This document shows positions 60,101-64,000 of a stretch of DNA of 64,000 nt, piece after piece. The notes under the pieces are model-generated. The model saw only the letters and a program-made list of their open reading frames with translations. It ran no database searches and had not been told where the DNA came from. This stretch comes from Lachnospiraceae bacterium (GTDB lineage: Bacteria > Bacillota > Clostridia > Lachnospirales > Lachnospiraceae): assembly GCA_024680595.1 (NCBI GenBank), contig JAILCB010000083.1, forward strand, positions 1,664-65,663. Direction: 5' to 3'. Made by a program: the position numbers and the translations under genes. Position 1 is the stretch's first letter; every line of letters starts with the position of its first letter.

Positions 60101-63100
60101 TTTCTGAAGAATGGATCAAAGCATTTGCCGATCACCTTTTTATCATTGCAAGGCAGCTTCTATTATGCAAAAAAGTCGGTGATATCGTGATGATGAGCGA
60201 TGCTGAAAAAGCTCAGCTTGAGGCTTTTAACAATACCTCCTATCAAATGGATTTTGTGCCGGTGCATGAGCAGATAGCTGGTTTTGCCAAAAAGAGTCCG
60301 GATAAAAAAGCGGTTATCTGCCGCGGTAAGAGTTTGACATTTAAGGAGCTTGATAAGCTATCTGACCTTGTCGCATTAAAGCTTTTGGAAAAAGGTATAG
60401 GAAAGGATGTTCCGGTCGGAGTTTTGCTTGAAAGATCGGTTTATGCCTATGTGGTAGAAAACGGAATACTCAAGGCGGGAGGAGCATTTGTTCCCTTTAT
60501 ACCGGAGTATCCTGATGAACGTATAAACTTCTGCATGCTTGATGCTTCAATCCCGCTCCTTATTACATCAGGGGATATAAGTAAAGCACGGAAAGGGCTC
60601 AATGAAGATAATTACAGTATATTAACTCTGGAGGATATTTTTGCTGTATCGAGTCCTGATGAAATATCTGCGCAAGGATTAAAGGCTGAATATAGTCATG
60701 TACAGTCAGGCAGCTCTGATCTTGCTTATTGTATTTATACTTCAGGGTCCACGGGGCATCCCAAAGGAGTTATGATAGAGCACAGAAATATCGCCAATTA
60801 TGTGCACAGAAACGAAAAATCCGTAGAAATAATGAATTATGCCAAAGAGGGAAGAGTATGTCTTGCGCTTGCAGCCTTTTCCTTTGACGTATCCGTAGTC
60901 GAACAGTTTGTACCTCTCTGCAATGGCAATACCGTTGTTATTGCTACAGATGAGGAGATACATGATCCCGACAGTCTCGCTAAGCTGATTACAGATAACG
61001 GCGTCAGTGGGATAACGTGTACTCCGACTTATCTTTTGAGCCTTCTAGGAATTCCCTCATCCAGAAAGGCCCTTGAACAGGTGACCTTTTACGATATTGG
61101 TGCTGAGGCATTTCCGGCTGCTTTATTCAAAGCACTCAGGGATATTAGAAAGGACAGTGTTATCTTAAATGTTTACGGACCTACGGAATGCACAATGGGA
61201 TGTTCCGCGGATGTGGTGGAAAATCCTGAAAGCATAACCATCGGAAATCCTATAGCAAATACCTCTTTCTATATATACGACAAGTTTGGAAATGAACTTC
61301 CTGTCGGCATAAAAGGAGAACTTATTATTGCCGGTGATCAGGTTGGAAGAGGATATGTCAACCTTCCCGAAAAGACGGCCGAGGCATTTTTTATGTATGG
61401 TCTTCAAAAAGCCTATCATAGCGGCGATCTGTGCATGTGGAATCCTGATGGAAAAGTGCGCATTTTTGGCAGAATAGATAATCAAATCAAACTCAGAGGC
61501 TTCCGAATTGAACTGGACGAAATCGAAAAAGTTATGTCTGAGTTTGACGGCATAAATTCAGGTGCTGTAAAGGTTATCAAGACCGGGTCAAAAGAGTTTC
61601 TGGCCGGTTACTACACCTGTGAAAATGAACCTGATATGGATGCCTATGTGGAATTCATGAAGGATAAGCTTCCGGAGTACATGGTTCCTCAGATAATGAG
61701 ACGTGTAGAGGAAATGCCTCTTATGACAAACGGTAAAATTGACAGGAAGGCTCTGCCGGTTCCCGATATATCCGACTTGAAAGCAGAGTATGTTGCACCT
61801 GAAAACGATATTGAAAGGAGTCTATGTATTGCCTTTGCTAAAGCGCTGGGCATGGAGGAAGATGCAATCGGTACGGAAGATGACTTTGCTGAGCTTGGAG
61901 GAGATTCCCTCAAGGCTATGGCTGTCCTTGCCTATGCCAAGATAGAAGGTCTTACCGCTGCCGATATTTTCCAAAAGCGGACACCGAAAAAAATTGCTGT
62001 TTCATTTGGAGCAAAGGATCGTGAAGATCTGGATGAGAAAGAAAAACAGGCCAGAAGTGTGCCACACAAACTATCACCGATGCAGGTAAAGATGATAGAT
62101 AATCAGCTGTACAATCCGGGATCCACCATGTGGAGCAACACACACTTTTTGCTCCGATTCAAAAAGGAAATAGATGCAGACAGATTATGCGATGCTGTTA
62201 AAACAGCCATCCATAATCACCCCGGATTGGCAGTTGTATTTGAATACAATGACCAGTGTGATTTGCAGCAGAGGTATGATCCGTCAATCCTTCCGGAGTT
62301 AAAGGTGGAAGACGTAAGCGAGGATGATGTAGAAAAGCTTGCTAAGAATCTGGTATATCCTTTCAGAAGGATTCTGAACAGTTGTCTGTTCAGAGCAAGG
62401 GTATTCAGGACGGATAAAAACAGTTATCTATTTATGGATGTGCATCACCTGCTTATGGACGGGGCATCTCTTGGGGTGCTGTTAAAGGATGTGACGAATG
62501 CCTATTTGGGAAGGGAACTGCAAAAAGATTATTATTTTGCGCTTCTTGAAGATGCAGATCAGGTATATGTTGACGGCAGGCGTGAAAAAGACAGGGAATA
62601 TTTCGAGAAGGTCTATGGGAAGAATGGGGAAAATTATCACTTTATTCCGAGGCAGGATCATAAGTCAAACAAGAACTCCCAGGGAGAAAATGTCAAAAGA
62701 TTCTCCTTTGACAGGGAACAATTGGAAAAAGCCGAGGAGTACTGGGGAGTTTCCCATTCCTGTATGGCAATTGCCAGTGCGCTCATTACCCTATCGTTTT
62801 ATGAAGGGGTCGACAATGTAATGACGAACTGGATTTTTAATAATAGGCTTTCGCCGGAATCTGAGCATGTAGTCGGAATGCTCATAAAGAATTCGCCGGT
62901 GGGATTGGATATTTCAAAGTTTGGCAGCATACAGGAGATACTGTTGGAAGTTAAAAGGCAGGTGGCAGAAGGCATTGCCCACTCCGCTTATGACTATTTC
63001 GTTGGATTTGACTCCGCCTTTAATACAGACCCCATGGAAGTAAATCTGCAGATAGGAATAAACGGCAGTGAAATTGATGAGCTTGAGCCTGAGCTCATTG

Positions 63101-63312
63101 AATTGGATGATCCTTATATGGCAGCCGGCGAAAGATTTGAGATTGAATTACTTGAAAATGAATTTGAAGATAATGGAATAGACTTGGAGATTGAATATAT
63201 ATCTGAAATATATGATGAGGAATCCATAATAAAATTTCGTGATGTGTATATCAATACTTTGGAATCCATTGTGCATATGAAAGTAAAAAAGGCAGGGGAA
63301 ATTAGCATTTGA
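57139..63312 (+). CDS. Non-ribosomal peptide synthetase, domain order A-T-C-A-T-C, with no TE or R domain
   Basis: A1 YTSGSTGLPKG...YFKTGD; T1 FFEYGGTSL; C1 HLIASDG; A2 YTSGSTGHPKG...FDVS...YGPTE...NGKIDR; T2 LGGDSL; terminal C2 HHLLMDG. ATG at 57139 lies 4 nt after the MATE stop. Confidence 0.93.
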   Translation: MNDVVKDIVTIPDKIRELAATIPDKTAIIGKDRILTYKSLDELSDRVSYGLIKACPNLPKESPIGLLLDRKSYVFPLEIGINRAGFSYIPMTDEYPEDRIVYCMENADSTVLITTYDILHSKPDLKIHDFKIIFVEEVISYEGEPAELPKLGMDQLTHIIYTSGSTGLPKGVKHTALSDAVHVNDFEKRNLFHVYYSDQKTTMSMTQISFVVAIFDYMSLYNGGTVVFPSEEDFRNIKQLSEKMLEYEVQSVFMTPSFLKTFMEVRSSRPPIAILDVLIFGGEKGNSQIVDDVFKINPTIQIVSGYGCTESNSGILRKIITAEDREFSAGELSFVASAFVVDENGNPIKDGGSGELWLSSPCISVGYQNLEENNRKSFITVDGKRYFKTGDIAFQDKKGNYHITGRKDDMVKYHGQRVELGEIENLILEIDGVKQCTVLMKNNKQEDFLVAFYTSSREFKVKELTDSLRKKLPAYMIPGVYINLDEMPLNSSKKIDRMKLMEMEVSFEGSDYVEAETDLEKYLCECFGKVLGVGKFSVTGDFFEYGGTSLSVSRLLSILEENGYSISYGDVNSNPRPRKLAVFLENSENAAKIPPMDRDKYPLTKTQLGIYLEGITGGSKETYTTQYMMEAEPGIDEIKLTEAVHKLFDAHPALKYKIQCGADNLPYMVMVPDEKIEVPVFEGKADDRIDFANRYMPVVKILDNLLFHFAVYKTEKCCYLLLKSHLIASDGTSLSLLISDLNRALKGDELVGEDCCIQQIGMYEKALIDSGAHDKAAEYYKKLFAKMDGLDSLMGDLNKPLTPGVSKNYRYEPKTLNTETVKEFCNRYQITESSFFMGAMAILLGKYLYSDHVSFSTVYSGRSLPVMNHTIGTLIKRIPVYGDLSENTDIITFLTAMSKQVFSNMSNDIYSFDEVLKECPVNEDVEFIYQGDLFTDNMGKAGGDPLLKSDSYFMEQYHTGMVTGCMSIQFFATNGLYNMTIEYRNERFSEEWIKAFADHLFIIARQLLLCKKVGDIVMMSDAEKAQLEAFNNTSYQMDFVPVHEQIAGFAKKSPDKKAVICRGKSLTFKELDKLSDLVALKLLEKGIGKDVPVGVLLERSVYAYVVENGILKAGGAFVPFIPEYPDERINFCMLDASIPLLITSGDISKARKGLNEDNYSILTLEDIFAVSSPDEISAQGLKAEYSHVQSGSSDLAYCIYTSGSTGHPKGVMIEHRNIANYVHRNEKSVEIMNYAKEGRVCLALAAFSFDVSVVEQFVPLCNGNTVVIATDEEIHDPDSLAKLITDNGVSGITCTPTYLLSLLGIPSSRKALEQVTFYDIGAEAFPAALFKALRDIRKDSVILNVYGPTECTMGCSADVVENPESITIGNPIANTSFYIYDKFGNELPVGIKGELIIAGDQVGRGYVNLPEKTAEAFFMYGLQKAYHSGDLCMWNPDGKVRIFGRIDNQIKLRGFRIELDEIEKVMSEFDGINSGAVKVIKTGSKEFLAGYYTCENEPDMDAYVEFMKDKLPEYMVPQIMRRVEEMPLMTNGKIDRKALPVPDISDLKAEYVAPENDIERSLCIAFAKALGMEEDAIGTEDDFAELGGDSLKAMAVLAYAKIEGLTAADIFQKRTPKKIAVSFGAKDREDLDEKEKQARSVPHKLSPMQVKMIDNQLYNPGSTMWSNTHFLLRFKKEIDADRLCDAVKTAIHNHPGLAVVFEYNDQCDLQQRYDPSILPELKVEDVSEDDVEKLAKNLVYPFRRILNSCLFRARVFRTDKNSYLFMDVHHLLMDGASLGVLLKDVTNAYLGRELQKDYYFALLEDADQVYVDGRREKDREYFEKVYGKNGENYHFIPRQDHKSNKNSQGENVKRFSFDREQLEKAEEYWGVSHSCMAIASALITLSFYEGVDNVMTNWIFNNRLSPESEHVVGMLIKNSPVGLDISKFGSIQEILLEVKRQVAEGIAHSAYDYFVGFDSAFNTDPMEVNLQIGINGSEIDELEPELIELDDPYMAAGERFEIELLENEFEDNGIDLEIEYISEIYDEESIIKFRDVYINTLESIVHMKVKKAGEISI

Positions 63313-63337
63313 CGCATGACAAAAATTATGATACTAT
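63309..63337 (+). promoter_or_regulatory. SigmaA-type promoter for the kinase gene
   Basis: TTGACG (63309-63314), 17 nt, TACTAT (63332-63337), with TG extension. Confidence 0.6.
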
Positions 63338-63389
63338 TACTCAATCCTATTTGACGCTCGACAAACAGTTGTATTGGAAGGGGAATATT

Positions 63390-64000
63390 ATGATCATCAA
63401 AGAAAAACAGGATTTGACTTATCTAAAATGGTCTCATATCAGAAATTCCAGCGGAACCGCAGGAACCTTCCTGAAGTCCCAGTCGAGCCTGAATGGGAAA
63501 AAAATATATTATAAATTGTCGAATTATGACCCTGCAAAAGGAGTGATCGGCCATGAATGTATCAACGAAATCATTGTTGCCCGCCTGCTTAGTCTCCTGA
63601 AAGTTGAACACTTACATTACGACCTGATCCATGCCAGAATTGAAGTCAATGGTAAAGCCTGCCAGACCTATATATGCGCCTCTTCCGATTTCAAGCAAAA
63701 AGGTGAAAGCAAAATCGCACTGGATGACTTCTATACCGCCAATACAAATGCTCAAGAATCTCCCTATGCTTTTTGCCAAAGGATGGGATGGCAGAACTAT
63801 ATTGATACCATGCTGGCCCTTGATTTTATCATTCTCAACCGGGACCGGCATGGTGCCAATATTGAGATTTTGCGAAATGGCCGGGCCCACACTTTGCGAA
63901 TTGCCCCCCTCTTCGATCATGGTCTGTCTTTGCTATGCTCCTGCCACACCGATGAAGAAGCCTTAAGCTTTGATATACTTGAAGACAAGAAATGCAATAA
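63390..64000 (+). CDS. HipA/CtkA-like Ser/Thr kinase (partial, runs off the right edge)
   Basis: Not in the ORF track. ATG at 63390 opens MIIKEKQDL...YYKLS...NEIIVARLL...LDFIILNRDRHGANI...IAPLFDHGLSL, which has the HipA-type DRHxxN and D(H)G motifs. Confidence 0.8.
   Translation, partial: MIIKEKQDLTYLKWSHIRNSSGTAGTFLKSQSSLNGKKIYYKLSNYDPAKGVIGHECINEIIVARLLSLLKVEHLHYDLIHARIEVNGKACQTYICASSDFKQKGESKIALDDFYTANTNAQESPYAFCQRMGWQNYIDTMLALDFIILNRDRHGANIEILRNGRAHTLRIAPLFDHGLSLLCSCHTDEEALSFDILEDKKCN

Overview
This is a 64-kb chromosomal window from a low-GC-phylum anaerobe; the gene set and order suggest a Lachnospiraceae/Clostridia-type gut or rumen organism, which is inferred. Left end: a partial large surface protein, followed by a displaced tRNA 3' fragment that looks like the att end of an integrated element. 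Next come an amidohydrolase, a P1 peptidase, a membrane HD-GYP protein, a two-component system with a tannase-like lipoprotein, a symporter, a PAP2 phosphatase, a lipoprotein, tmcAL and a membrane protein. A long minus-strand core block follows: uvrA, mreB, flgF/flgG/flgJ-like, recD2, comF, yvyF, cdaA-cdaR-glmM and HPr. uvrB and uvrA are separated by about 14 kb that carries a type II fatty-acid operon without fabH/fabT. That operon ends in an acyl-CoA synthetase and a PAS/SARP-like regulator, and its promoter has SARP-type heptamer repeats. The right end is a more AT-rich block with a MATE exporter, an unusual A-T-C-A-T-C NRPS and a partial HipA-like kinase. Intergenic DNA holds two dispersed structured repeat families and several tandem arrays, some apparently inside 5' UTRs. 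Products are assigned from recognised motifs and gene order only; no database searches were run.
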